Origin: Chrysomallon squamiferum
Taxonomy: Eukaryota > Animalia > Mollusca
Length of the DNA: 64,000 nucleotides
Direction: 5' to 3'
NCBI GenBank assembly: GCA_012295275.1
Contig: CM022665.1
Span: 35,836,001 to 35,900,000 of the forward strand
Positions 1-12,031 of the stretch are shown piece by piece. The notes below the pieces were generated by a model. The model ran no database searches and was not told the origin of the DNA. It worked only from the letters and a program-made list of their open reading frames with translations. The translations under genes and the position numbers were made by a program. The stretch's first letter is position 1, and the number at the start of each line of letters is the position of its first letter.

Positions 1-587
1 GCAACTGTGTAAAATGCTTCATCTCTTATGTTCGTTGAATTCAAAAAAGTCTTAAAAGTTGATTTTCGCTGCTTCAGTTTCTTCAAATTCTCCGCCAAAA
101 CTTTTCTTGACCCACTGTCCAGCTTTAGCATAGACGTGGTTCTCATGTCGACAATAATGCTGTTTGACGTTGTCCCCTTTCAGTGCTTTGATTACTTCTT
201 CACATATCAAACACTGGATGCGGTAGTCAATTTTGCACGTGTTGCTGATTGACCTATATATCATGCAGACATCAGCGAATGCTTTGCTCGTGCCACGTCA
301 ACTTCTACTCTCGTCTGTAAGAAGTACGACAGTTGCTGTCACGTGAACGACGTGACTCGATATTTCTTTTCACAATTAATAGAGAGCCTGGTAACGTTGA
401 AATAAACGATACTGTTGGACCGAAAAATGAATACTGGACGCCTTGTTGTGCACGGCATCTGGACAGTCATAGGAAAATCATGGTGCACTGAGTGTTTATA
501 CTGAAACGCAGCTTCGATATAATTCAAATGAAACGTTAAATGTGATGAGGCGACATCCTTCCCACGGCCGCACGTTGCGCACCCCTG
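1..587 (-). mobile_element. 5' end of a degenerate hAT DNA transposon (Buster/Charlie/SPIN-like); truncated by the window edge
   Basis: The minus strand begins CAGGGGTGCGCAAC at 587, a typical Charlie/Buster-type terminal inverted repeat. It is flanked by TCCTAGAG (588-595), which fits the nnnTAnnn 8-bp target site. ORF 52-264 encodes QCLICEEVIKALKGDNVKQHYCRH (BED-like CxxC..H..H). After a 1-nt frameshift it continues LDSGSRKVLAENLKKLKQRKSTFKTFLNSTNIRDEAFYTVA, resembling the N-terminus of Buster-family transposases. Confidence 0.75.
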
Positions 588-1760
588 TCCTAGAGTATCT
601 TTTAATACAGAATTCGTTTTTTCTCATGGACTTTAGTTTCATCCATAATTATAAAGAAATTTTTATTATATCAAACACAAACTCTAACATCATGGCTCTT
701 TTATACAATATGTACTGGGCAAAATAAAAAAACAACAACAAAAAAATATTATTCTTTAAAAAATGTATGATTCATGTCTTTAAATTCAAGTTATTTCTGA
801 ACAAAGGTAGCTTACTGCAGTTAAATATTGCTTTCTCATCACAGGAACAATAAAGTAATATTAAGTAATGGTTTTGATATAAATTTTCATCATATCACTT
901 TTACTGATTTGCATATTTCCATGCTGTTTGATAAATTATTCATACCTCGTTGCTATAAAAGATGACTTCCGAAATGAAACAATAACTTAAAACCGTTATT
1001 TCAGTATTTTTATTGTCTCTTAAAAACCTCTTTTATCACAATTTTATGATCGATTTAAAAACATTCAATGGATTTCTGAAGTTCTATGATATTGTATTCT
1101 AATGATAAGGAAAGATTTCAATACACATCAAACATAATTTATATCAATTTAATTCCTAAAATATATTTATAAAAGCGTAAAACCATTTTAAAATCAGATT
1201 ATGTTTTTTTGTATATTGCACATTAGTGGGTAAACCTCCATTATATATCCATTAACGTGTTTACTTCACTATAGGTAACTATTTTTGTTATTATTGTGGT
1301 TGTTATTGTTGAACAACTTACAAATAACCTTGTTTTCGAATGAAATATTCTGCGAGATTTTACAATTGCTTCTATCTCTCTGTGAAAATATTTTTAAGAA
1401 AAGAAAATATCACTTATTAAATTAGAATGAGTCCACCGTTACTTTCACCTGAATCTTATTTAAGAAAGAAAAACACTTTTTTTTAAATCCACCACCTCGA
1501 AAATATATCCAAGAAAAAACAAATGTATAAAATACATATTTAAAGTCGACTCTACATAAAGACTCCTGACTATACCAGTGTCAGAACATGATAAGAAATC
1601 CGTTCAGCGTCACACAATAGTCACCAAGTCTTCAACTTCAGTATCTAATGTGAACTTTATAAACTGATCTATTTATAAATGAACCGTGTGAACTGTTTCT
1701 TCAAATTTCATATCTTTATCGAATTGTTTCTTTCTGCTGTTTATTTCTATTGTCCTCATC

Positions 1761-2180
1761 TTAATTGTGTATGCTATTCTTGTTCTTTCGCTCAACACAC
1801 AGATGTGACTTGCCTGTGTCTAAACAAACAGTCTGATCTGGACATGACTGGACCTCACAGTTTGAACTTGATCCTGTGATCTCTGAGTTAAGAACATTTG
1901 TGTTAACCACACTTTGACGCTGTCCGAATATTTTTCCTTCAACAGATGTCGACATTAATGTACAAACTCTGGTGGACACGTCGTAACTGAAAGAAGCACA
2001 CGATGTCGTCTGTCGACATAACTGATTACACTGGTAGACATTCTTTGTAGAACGTTTCATTATCGGGTCGCCGTGAACTATTTCTCCTCTTTCCCATCCT
2101 CTGAAGTCCTCCAACACGAATGCTTCAGTTTCAGTTACCAGAGTGTGTATAATGAACAAAATATAAAATACAGTTTTCAT
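1761..2180 (-). CDS. Secreted PAN/Apple-domain protein with a short Cys-rich (EGF-like) tail, 139 aa; may be a truncated member of a PAN + C-type lectin family
   Basis: Single ORF with a hydrophobic signal-peptide-like N-terminus (MKTVFYILFIIHTLVTETEA) and the PAN core CxxxC-4x-CxSFSY-5x-CxL (CNQLCRQTTSCASFSYDVSTRVCTL). It ends with CEVQSCPDQTVCLDTGKSHLCV. Homologous decayed copies lie at about 5400-5460 and 6277-6459. Expression is unproven. Confidence 0.65.
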   Translation of the reverse strand: MKTVFYILFIIHTLVTETEAFVLEDFRGWERGEIVHGDPIMKRSTKNVYQCNQLCRQTTSCASFSYDVSTRVCTLMSTSVEGKIFGQRQSVVNTNVLNSEITGSSSNCEVQSCPDQTVCLDTGKSHLCVERKNKNSIHN

Positions 2181-2814
2181 GATTTCACACTGTAGTCTTC
2201 TCCACTCAAACCGTGTAACTTCAGTAACGTTTTAACTGATGTATCCAGTTTATTCATTATTAAAAATTATTGCTTAAGTGAATTTAACTATTTTATTGAT
2301 TATCTGAAATGTATGCATATTTATCAAGTTAACTGAAAAATAACGAAGTCAGTGTCGATTTTATAATCTCGCACTTCCTTAAACTTCCATATTAACGAAT
2401 TATTTCCAGTTTTAATTGAATGATACAGTGAAATAATAATCACTGGACTGAAAGATTCTTTTCATACACTGACTCAAGCGAATGCTGATGTCCGGCGATA
2501 GCATTAATATTTGTGTGTGATCACGTTTTAGGCTTGTTAAAAAAAAAAAAAAAAAATCATTAACGGTATATATTTCAGTTATTATCTTCTCAATGCAAGA
2601 ACAAATATCAGAGAAAAATAGTATTACAACTACCAGTCGAGAACTATGGAAAACAGAACATGTTTATTTATAAAAATACAGTGAACAATGTCATAAAAAG
2701 GCATTATTAGGAAGCCGAATACATAAATCCACTGGTTTCATAAATATGAAATTGTTATTATTGTTGTTCTGTAGTATTACGTACCCAATAAAATGTATTC
2801 GTGATCTAAAATAA

Positions 2815-2995
2815 AAATAAATGTTTCATTTAACCACCCTTCATATTGTTAAGGACATTTCAAAAAGTGATAGAGGAAAGCTACAATCGTTACATTACGG
2901 GTTACTCTTTTTCTGTTAGCAGAAAGCAATACGAAGTATGTACCTACCAGTAGACAGAAAAATACATGGGCCTTCAACAATACTAACTGGATGGA
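2815..2995 (-). mobile_element. Degenerate tRNA-derived SINE fragment (reverse orientation)
   Basis: The motif order AAATGTTTCATTTAAC..GTTAAGGAC..AGAGGAAA..GGGTTACTCTTTT..TTAGCAG..AGACAG..ATACAT..GGCCTT resembles an abundant gastropod SINE as I recall it. No alignment was run. Confidence 0.45.
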
Positions 2996-3099
2996 TCAGG
3001 ATCATGAAAAACTGTCTTTATCTTACTACTTAAAGTATATATATATATATATATATATATACATACATACCTGCATATCCACATACATACACCATAGAA

Positions 3100-3245
3100 A
3101 GGTGTTTGGACGCGGGTTCAATCCTCTTCACTGCCTATTCGATTATTGCCCATTCTATTCTGTTCCCAATGTAACAAAATCATTGTATGGGCTTGCCTAT
3201 CTTTTGGATATTATTTGTAAAACCACCTTTGCTGATTAAGACATG
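3100..3245 (+). mobile_element. Degenerate tRNA-derived SINE fragment (forward orientation)
   Basis: Pol III B-box-like GGTTCAATCC at about 3115, followed by GTAACAAA..TGTATG..TAAAACCACCTTTGCTG. This loosely matches the reverse complement of the 2815-2995 element. Confidence 0.4.
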
Positions 3246-3376
3246 CCACTGTATATTATAAACATACGCCCAGTGAAAAACAAAAATAATCGTTAATATT
3301 TAAAAATGTGTTGAGATCCAGCCAGTCATCAGTTCAAATACAATGTAAAAAAACAGTGTAAATTAAATAAATAAAT

Positions 3377-3412
<36 letters not shown>

Positions 3413-3882
3413 AATAATAATAATAATAATAGTAATAATAATAATATTATTTACCCCTGCCCCTGGCCTGTTAATACATACCATTTTACGTACTTCACAT
3501 AAAAATAAACAAATAAGTTCGTAGACATGTAGGTATTTTATTCATAACACCTTTACGAATCTTTAAAACACAACTTCAAATACAACATAAAAATCCATAA
3601 ACATTTCCTTAAGAGAGATAACTTAACATGTAAATTACAGCGTAATAGATATAACGTAAGTCACACAGGCGAAAGCCAACTAACTTGGGTTTTAATAACT
3701 CGCAGAGATCGATATGATTACATCTAATGCTAGCAGTAACGAGACTGGTTATTAATGAATAAAATAAATATCATGACAAAACTTATTCACTGAAATGCAA
3801 ATTACTACTGTTTTATTACAGAGTAAACAGTTTTAGAATGTTTTAAAAGATCATCTTTGATTATGTTTCAAACGCATTATTT

Positions 3883-3884
<2 letters not shown>

Positions 3885-3961
<77 letters not shown>
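3885..3961. repeat. (CT)n microsatellite
   Basis: Perfect dinucleotide run. Similar (AG)n tracts occur at about 6070-6132, 17552-17640, 20349-20435, 24837-24912, 25415-25487, 28910-28998 and 54273-54319. Confidence 0.97.
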
Positions 3962-3964
<3 letters not shown>

Positions 3965-4291
3965 CACCATTTATATTTTCCATTCTCTCTGTCTTATGCA
4001 GTATTCATGGAATTCAACTAAAAAAGCAAAAATTTTAAAAAGGAAAGAAAGAAAGAAAAACGACGAGAACAGCAATAATTTAAATAAAAGCGAAAGTTAA
4101 AAAAACAAAAACAAAAAACCCCTAAAAAACAGTTTTTCTCTATCATACATTAATGCGGTTTTTTTTTCTAGATACAAAATAGAAAATAAACAGATAATTA
4201 TTTTCTATAATAAGAGCATATTTAAAAATACCTACAGTCACTTCATAATCTACAGTTTCAGTTTCAGCATATTACAAGTGTGCTTGTACAA

Positions 4292-4490
4292 CTAGTTTTT
4301 CGTATAAATTTCGCATAGAGAAATACATCAAACATCAGGAGTTGATCATTCCAATTTTTGGAAAAGGCTTTGCGAACTATAGAATAATCTTGACCACTCG
4401 ACAGTTATCTGATTTTCCTGGTTGCCAGGAGGAGAATTCTACCAGAGATCCGTCTGTCCAGCACCACAAAACGTGGACTGATAAGTAAAT
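4292..4490 (-). pseudogene. C-type lectin domain remnant (frameshifted)
   Basis: The minus strand reads VLWCWTDGSLVEFSSWQPGKSDN, then after a frameshift GQDYSIVRKAFSKNWNDQ, then SLCEIYTKN*. These are the WxWxDG, WxxG(EP)DN, WND and terminal C-E motifs of C-type lectin domains. Confidence 0.7.
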
Positions 4491-4615
4491 CACACAATAA
4501 ACACAATTTCTGTCCAGTATATTTATATATAAAAAACCACCAACTAAAACAGGACGTTTGAAATACGTGGACTGTTCATCTTACAGTTATGAAAGGTCTT
4601 TTATTGTAGTTTTTA

Positions 4616-4664
<49 letters not shown>

Positions 4665-4979
4665 GTTTTATTTTATTTTTGTTTTTAAACAGTCAAAGCT
4701 TCTGTTGTATTGGCGAGGGTTTACTGAGAAAGAACTGTATTGTGTTTTATGGATCACCTGTTGAAATCTTTCGTAATCTGATTTCATAAAAAAAGAAAAA
4801 AAGATAGATATCACTTATTACAATAAATATTCATAATTATATAATTAGTTCCCATTACATTATCAAAAGCAAAAGGTAATGGCACCCAGCTATTAAACAA
4901 AGGAAGAACATTACAGAACACTTACATTTATTTCAAAAATAAAAAAGTAAATCGTTTCAGAATAGTGTAGCGTTTGTTT

Positions 4980-5500
4980 CTACAGATTAATAATTTCACA
5001 CATGTACGATGCTTGATTTTCAGATGAACGATCATTCCATATGTAAGAATATATTTTACGTAATTATACAATAATTAAGCGTTCTGTTATCAAGTTTTCC
5101 TGGTTGCCAGTAACAGAAGTCTACAAGAGGTACATCCGTCCAGTGACAAACACCTTTTTCAACAGCATCTCAAGCTCCAATCCCGGAACGCTTTACGTTT
5201 TGAAGTTCAGGATTTGATTTAATGATTTTCACAATGGGTTTTTGTTTTTTTAAATTGTCAGTCTTCATGAGATCTCCTCCATCTTTTTCATACATTTCTT
5301 TAAGTTTCTGTTAACTTTGTAGCAAATCTCAGAAACTTGTTCACACATGTAACCATTGTGACGTTCACAGAGATATTTATCTATCGTGTTGTTCAACACA
5401 AATATTTGATGTACCTGCATCTATGCATACAGCTGGAATTGGACATGACTAGATTTCTGCTTCAATACTTTCTGCAAATTTTCCTTTTCGCAGATGAAAA
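4980..5500 (-). pseudogene. Pseudogene paralog of the 1761-2180 gene carrying a Cys-rich segment plus a full decayed C-type lectin domain
   Basis: EI*SCPIPAVCIDAGTSNICVEQ aligns with EVQSCPDQTVCLDTGKSHLCVER of the intact ORF. It is followed, with frameshifts, by ICYKV..EKDGGDLMKTD..GIGA*DAVEKGVCHWTDVPLVDFCYWQPGKLDNRTLNYCII..YSYIWNDRSSENQASYMCEIINL*. There are multiple stops and frameshifts and no evident introns. Confidence 0.75.
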
Positions 5501-5779
5501 CTGGTGCGCACCTGAGATGATGCCGTGTGTTGCATGTGCGTCTTCCTCGCGATCTAAACTGGAATATCGATGATATCAGCACTGTGAAGCAAGGCTGTTG
5601 TAAATGTCATAACCTGTCTGAATGATGAGATGAGAAAATGGGTACCTTCTTTTGATCTTTGATTTGTAAAGCTTCTCTTTTGTCAGTTATTTTAAATAGC
5701 ATTCCGCAGTTATAAAGCTCATCCTGAGTCGTCAACTGTTTTCTAAAAGGCTCATAGCGCTAAAAGATTTAAATGTGTT

Positions 5780-6020
5780 TACATACGTCTTTAAATAATT
5801 ACTTTATATATGTCTTTAAATAAATTATATACATTTTTGAATAAATCACTTTAGATATGTTTTTAAATAAATTACATACTTCTTTACATAAATCACTTTA
5901 CAAACTTCTTTAGACAAATCACTTTATATACCTCTTCAAATAAATCATTTTACATACAACTCGAAATAAATTAACTTTATGAATGTCTTTACAAAATGAT
6001 CGTATATACGTCTTTAATGA
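5780..6020. repeat. Degenerate minisatellite, unit about 26 bp (TCTTTAAATAAATCACTTTACATACG), about 9 copies
   Basis: Recurring TCTTTAAATAAAT(C/T)ACTTTA cores in tandem. Confidence 0.75.
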
Positions 6021-6066
6021 ACTGACTAAATAAATACGGTTTTTCGAACTATTAATTTTTGTACAC

Positions 6067-6135
<69 letters not shown>

Positions 6136-6276
6136 TGTGAATAATATCTCCATAAAATCTATTTTGTATCAGTCATTCGATGAAATACGATGATGAAAAT
6201 ATCTACAAGCATACGCGGAAAAGCCTTGCATATATTATTTTAACCCATTCCCTGGTAATCTACAACGCCAGGATAT

Positions 6277-6459
6277 TCAAAATGTCTGTCGACATAACTG
6301 GCTACACTGGTACAAATTCGTGATGGAACGTTTCACTATTGGGTCACCGTCTATTATTTGTCCTCTCTGCCATCCCAGATAATTCATTAATACAGGTCCT
6401 CGTGTTATGTTAATCTGCATTACCATTATAGCCAGCGACGTGAGGATTATACTCTTTAT
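6277..6459 (-). pseudogene. Truncated paralog of the PAN-domain gene (start ATG>ATA, stop inside the PAN domain)
   Basis: Translates IKSIILTSLAIMVMQINITRGPVLMNYLGWQRGQIIDGDPIVKRSITNLYQCSQLCRQTF*. This is colinear with MKTVFYILFIIHTLVTETEAFVLEDFRGWERGEIVHGDPIMKRSTKNVYQCNQLCRQTTSC. Confidence 0.8.
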
Positions 6460-7675
6460 TTTGGGGGTTTTCTATTTCGTCTGATCAGAATACCACAGAG
6501 GTTTTTGTTATATTTCCGACGTGTTTCGTTTGCTGAGAATAAAACTGAAATATTTCATTTTTTCGAGGAGATAAGCTATTATATTTCTCAAACTAAAGCA
6601 CTTGGTTTGAAGTGATTTGTATACGGTGAGTTTCGAAAGCAATGTGAAATGTCTATCTCTTATGTAATTCTCAAATCACGAGTTAGCTTTTGTGTTTCAT
6701 AGATTTTATTTTTTTATTTTTTATTTATTATTATTATTATTTATTATTATTATTTCTTTTTTCTAGAAGTTATTTTTAGAGTCATGTAAAGCATGAAATC
6801 AAGAGGGCGGAAAATTTAAAAAACTGAACTATTGATTCGACGGCTTCTGTTAATAGATTATCTTGAAAAAGAAAACCGGTTAGATACACCTCGCCCTTGT
6901 CGGAATCATTATGTTTAGAAATAGCAAAGTTATTGAATACTGGCAATCGTATTTTCTTAAAGTCAGCGAGTGTATATTGATAATAAAAAGGCATTCCACA
7001 TGAAAGGATCTAAGTAAACATTATCAAAATATACTTAGATTTTACAATGCTTTGAGTTGAAAAATATATATATATATATATATTTTTTTTTTTATAATTA
7101 AGCTCTACAGAGCTTATCGGTTTTTCATAAACTTTCGTGTAAGATAAAATCAAATAACGTCTGCAGAGAATCAAATGTAAAGATGGATTTACGTTTAATG
7201 ACAAACATGATGACGTACAAACGATTTTGGTTCCACTGATGACTCGTGTTTGGTTGAGTAAAGGGAAACAACTTGGCATTTTTACAGTGATACATAAATA
7301 TGGATTGTTTCCCTTAAGATACATTTTTGTTTTATTATTATTTATTTTTTCGAGTGATAATAGAAATTGATGTTTTATTCAAAAAGTGAAAAATAAAAAT
7401 AAAAATAAAAATAAATATAAATATAAATAAAATAAAATAAAATAAAAAATTAAGAAATGCAATCTACTAACATTAATGTTTAGGAAAAATAATGTAGAAA
7501 TTTACTGAGGTGTAGAGGAAACTAAGATAATTATTAGTGTAGTAAACATTTTAAAATAAACTTAAAAGTATACTTCATAAACGTGTGTTCAAAGCGAGGT
7601 TCTTGTAACAGCCCACTCACTGTTATAGCAGGTATCAAAATAAAACATTAACGCGGTGTTTCGTCCTTCTGTACA

Positions 7676-7769
7676 TATGTATGTATGTAAATATGTATGT
7701 ATATATATTATGTATGCATGTATGTATGTATGTTTGTATGCATGTATGTTTGTATGCATGTATTTATGC

Positions 7770-7802
<33 letters not shown>

Positions 7803-7850
7803 TGTATGTATATGTATTTATGTATGCATGTATGTAGATATGTGTGTAGA
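7676..7850. repeat. Imperfect (TATG)n tetranucleotide microsatellite
   Basis: Direct reading; it explains spurious ORFs 7589-7771 and 7681-7944. Confidence 0.92.
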
Positions 7851-10112
7851 TACCTACCTATGTGTCGTATGCATGAGTGTACACACGAAGATACATACGT
7901 ACTATTTGAAATTATTAATATTTAATTATTCATTTACTGTCTGAAATTTCTTAATATTATCTGTTTACAAAAATTATATTTTAATTATTAAAACCAGTAA
8001 TTTTATAATTTAAATCAGCTATTTGTGAACATGATAACGTCAAAAAAAAAAAAAAAAAAACAGCAACAAAAAAACACGCAATTCCTGCGTTTATCACTCA
8101 TTGTAATGTCGCCAGTAAAACAAGATTTTCATCCTGTCGCTAGACACACTTGATGTCTCAAATCTCGCGAGACTTTGACGTCATTATTAATAAACATTTT
8201 GCAATATTAACTTGCAATATTTTATAAGAAAATACTTCCCTTGCTGCGTTTAAAACCGTGTAATTGGGCGTTTACCACTCATTACTGCTTGATTACCAGA
8301 TTGGAAACGTTCGTTAATTCATCATGAAAAAGTAATTGGCTCTTGAGTTATACACAGTGCAGTCAGTTTTAGACAGGACGGTCCCAGGGGAGGCAATTAG
8401 AACAAATCAGGGACAAATGCAACTACACTGTCATCCAGCCCCCCTACCCACATTTCCCAAACTTTGTTAAATTTAGAACATCTGCTCAGTTTCGTTTATA
8501 TGTATGTTATTAGAATTTTATTTTTATTACTTATTAGTTTATTTTGTTTAATTTGAAATATATATTATGATTAGGTGTACTGTGGAAGAACTAATTTAGA
8601 ATTTAGGAAACTAGTTTGTTTGGATAAAAGCCGTAGTACAAGAATTCGCCCCGGGGCGTGGTGTGCTAGAAAGCGCCACCTCACGTATTTCAGATCTTCA
8701 TAGTATAAAGGGAAAAATGTTAAACTAATAAATAAAATTTTAAAATAAATTCCTCAACTGGAGTCAAACTGTCGAGAATTCGATTATTTAATTCTTAATG
8801 TTTTGTGATCAAAATGTGAAAAAGAATTGACAAAAGGAATTTTCACGACTATTTTTTTTTTTTTTTTTTTTTTTTGGTTGGGTGACTTGAATTTTATTGA
8901 TATGTTTTTAAAAAAAGGAAAATACTTTGGAGATAATCTTAAACGGAATAATAGATAACTCTAGACTGAATCGAAAGATTTAAAGAATTGAGGATCATTT
9001 TAAATAATTTATCAGTGATTAATAATTTTGCTTGTAGAAAATATGTTTTAATTATATTCTTTGTGACATATACTGAGCATATGTGTGTGTGTGTGTTTGA
9101 CAGAGTGTGTTTGTTACAGATAGATGGGCAGACAGACATAAAAATCTGACAGACAAATATATAGACACGGTAAATAAAAAAGCTACTTAGTGCTTATATA
9201 ATCAGCACTGAAAGATGAAGCTATAAAAAAAAAAAAAAAAAAAAAATGAAAATAATAATAATAATAATAATAACAAATCAAAATAAATACATTAAAAAAA
9301 AGAAAGAAAGAAAAGAAGAAAATAAGAAATAAATGAAATTAAAAACCATGCAATGTAATTAATATTACTAAATTTTTTTTTTCACACGTCATAATTAAAG
9401 TAACCAGTAATTAAACAAAAAATGTCACGCTGCAGACGCCAGCTCGTATTTTCTATTTCATACCCAGGTAACCTCTCGACCGCCATTACGAACGTCTTTA
9501 TGTGGGAAACGTGAATACAGAAAAAGACGAAGACGATTCTAATTTCCTGCAGATTCTCTTCAATGGAGGCGATTGGATGACATATTCAGCCAACTAATAC
9601 GCGATTAGTCTAAACTAATAGGGAAATTTGCACGTCAACGGTATGGCAGGAGGCCAAGTTAAACTAATCAGAAATACGAATAACGGAAGCAAAACATAAT
9701 CCTTCCAACCAAATTAGGTTGGGTGACAAAAGCTTGGCATTGTGGCCGTCCCGAGACCCTTATGGAAGATTTCGCTGGCTAATTGGCACCAAGAGATTAA
9801 TTTGAAGCCAGTTTCTCTTCAACTTAGGAAGGGTTTACAAATCTATCGATCGATGAAGTTGGAAGAAGCCAGAATCTTCAGGGATACTCCAGCGATTTAC
9901 TTAGATGAGGTTGTGAGATTAATGTAGCACACTAAGAACACGGGTTACAGTGACTCTGAAGCAGGTGGAACGAAATAAAATATTTTTTGTTCCGTGGTTA
10001 AATTTAAGATTTTTTTTTTTTTTATGGTTTATAATAATAAATGAAATGTTTTATCTATTCGTTACAAGATAATTGGGGTCATGCCAATCCTTGCTTTGTT
10101 GTAAAATGTTGT

Positions 10113-10145
<33 letters not shown>

Positions 10146-11399
10146 GTTGTTGTTGTTGTTGTTGTGTGGTTGCTGTTGAAGAAATTAAACAGTTTTTTCA
10201 CTGTTTTGTGGTGGGGTTTTTTGGTGTATGTATGTGGGTTGCATTTGCACATTTGATGTTTTTACAGAAGCAGTAATAGCAAAGTAACGGCTGAGGTATT
10301 GTAGGAGTAGTAGCAGTAGTAGCTGCAGCAGCAGTAGTTGTAATGGAGTATAATTTTATGTTAACGGGATGTTTATAAATGTAGTAAGAGACGTTAATAA
10401 GTAAACAAATAAATAGAGCTGTGTAATAATTCTTTCTGCAGCTAGTCGGGGTTTAGAAATTGATTTTTCCTTTAATGATGCAATTATAATCTAGCTGTCT
10501 GGGCCTGTTATGAAGTATTTAAACTTAATAAATAAACGCAGTTTAAGATGGAAACAGCATTAGACACGCCTGGTACGTATCTGGGTGAAGTAAAAAGTTT
10601 TATTCTACACATATGGTGAATTAACCTTAACCCTCGTAATGGCCAGACTTGAACGTAAGGGGCACTTTCACGAGAACAATAGAAAACAATAGCTATTTTT
10701 CTTACGGCTTTCTGCAGTGTCAAACGAACCATGTTCTCAACAACATAACGAGGTTACAAATTCTGACAGTAACTCATTATACGCGACTTTTTCCATTGTG
10801 TCACTAATTCTTTTTTATATAAAGACCATTTGGGTTTTCTTTCTTAAGTAAGTAAAGAGTATGGGCTATTGTCCGAAAATACGACCTGGTCGAAAACGCA
10901 TCGCCAGAGGCCACATCGCCTTTGTCAAGGGCAATTACCTCGTTACTGTAAGCTAGTCCTTTCTATATAACTACCTTTGACTGATCCGTGAAACTGTTTT
11001 TGCTTCATTTTGTGTAAATCCCTTATGCTGCAGTGAATCCGTTTCAAAATGGCGGTCATAAAGTTTATATTCTACGGGAAACTAAGTACTGAAAAGAAAC
11101 ACTTATAAAACACCAGTATACTTTTTTTTCTACACAACTGCGCTTGCGTTTTATGGACGTTAGGAAAAATCGTAATAGTTATGCCTGGCCATTAAAAAAA
11201 AAAAAAAAAAAGAGAGAAAAAAGACGAAGAATCAAAAGAAAGTTTTATTAACAGTGACGCAAAAATTAGGTAATGATTCTTGACAACGTTAAACTTGGTG
11301 TTGTGAAAATGATCGTGAGAAATTTGTTTCACGAAAAATGTATTCTGTCCTCAGTCTCTACCTGTTTAATTTAAATAAATAAATAAATAAATAAATAAA

Positions 11400-11433
<34 letters not shown>

Positions 11434-11995
11434 GGAAACAATAATACGAAAAAAAGACGAAAAAACTGAATGAATATGTACATGTCCATATTTTATTATG
11501 GTTTGTTTAGTTTATTTTTATATTTAAAGAAAACGAAAGAGCAATCAGTACTTATTATATACGTTAAAATAAAATAAATGGAAAGAAAAGAAGTGAAAAA
11601 AGATTGCATTATTTAGAAAATTCTTCTTAAAGTTGAAGTCATGTAATCAAGGTCGATCACAGTAATGGTGAAGATAAAGATGATGTTGAAGATGAAGATC
11701 TTGATGTTTATGATGATGATTATAAACAATAAAACAGGATTGTCTGTACACATTTATTTAATAAATACTTAATACCAAACAATGCGAATATGTAAATCAT
11801 ATGTTTAATAACAAATAAACAACATTTACATAAACACAAAATATAAATTATTACACAAGATTTTCGGTCCTATTCAGGCAAAATCATCAAAGTTAATACA
11901 ATAATTTTCGATATTATTAGTCATTTAGAAACAAGTTTTAAGCAAATTTAACAAAAATTATTTTAAGGTTGTTCTTTAATTTAAATGTATAAATT

Positions 11996-12031
<36 letters not shown>

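Noticed and set aside
3100-3130. tRNA gene suggested by the B-box GGTTCAATCC
   Set aside because: No cloverleaf or acceptor stem can be formed; better explained as a SINE head.
9745-9770. GTCCCGAGACCCTTA resembling miR-125 (the miR-100/let-7/miR-125 cluster lies near vertebrate BSX)
   Set aside because: The seed does not match TCCCTGAG, the 3' half diverges, no hairpin partner is evident, and I found no let-7 or miR-100 sequence in the window.
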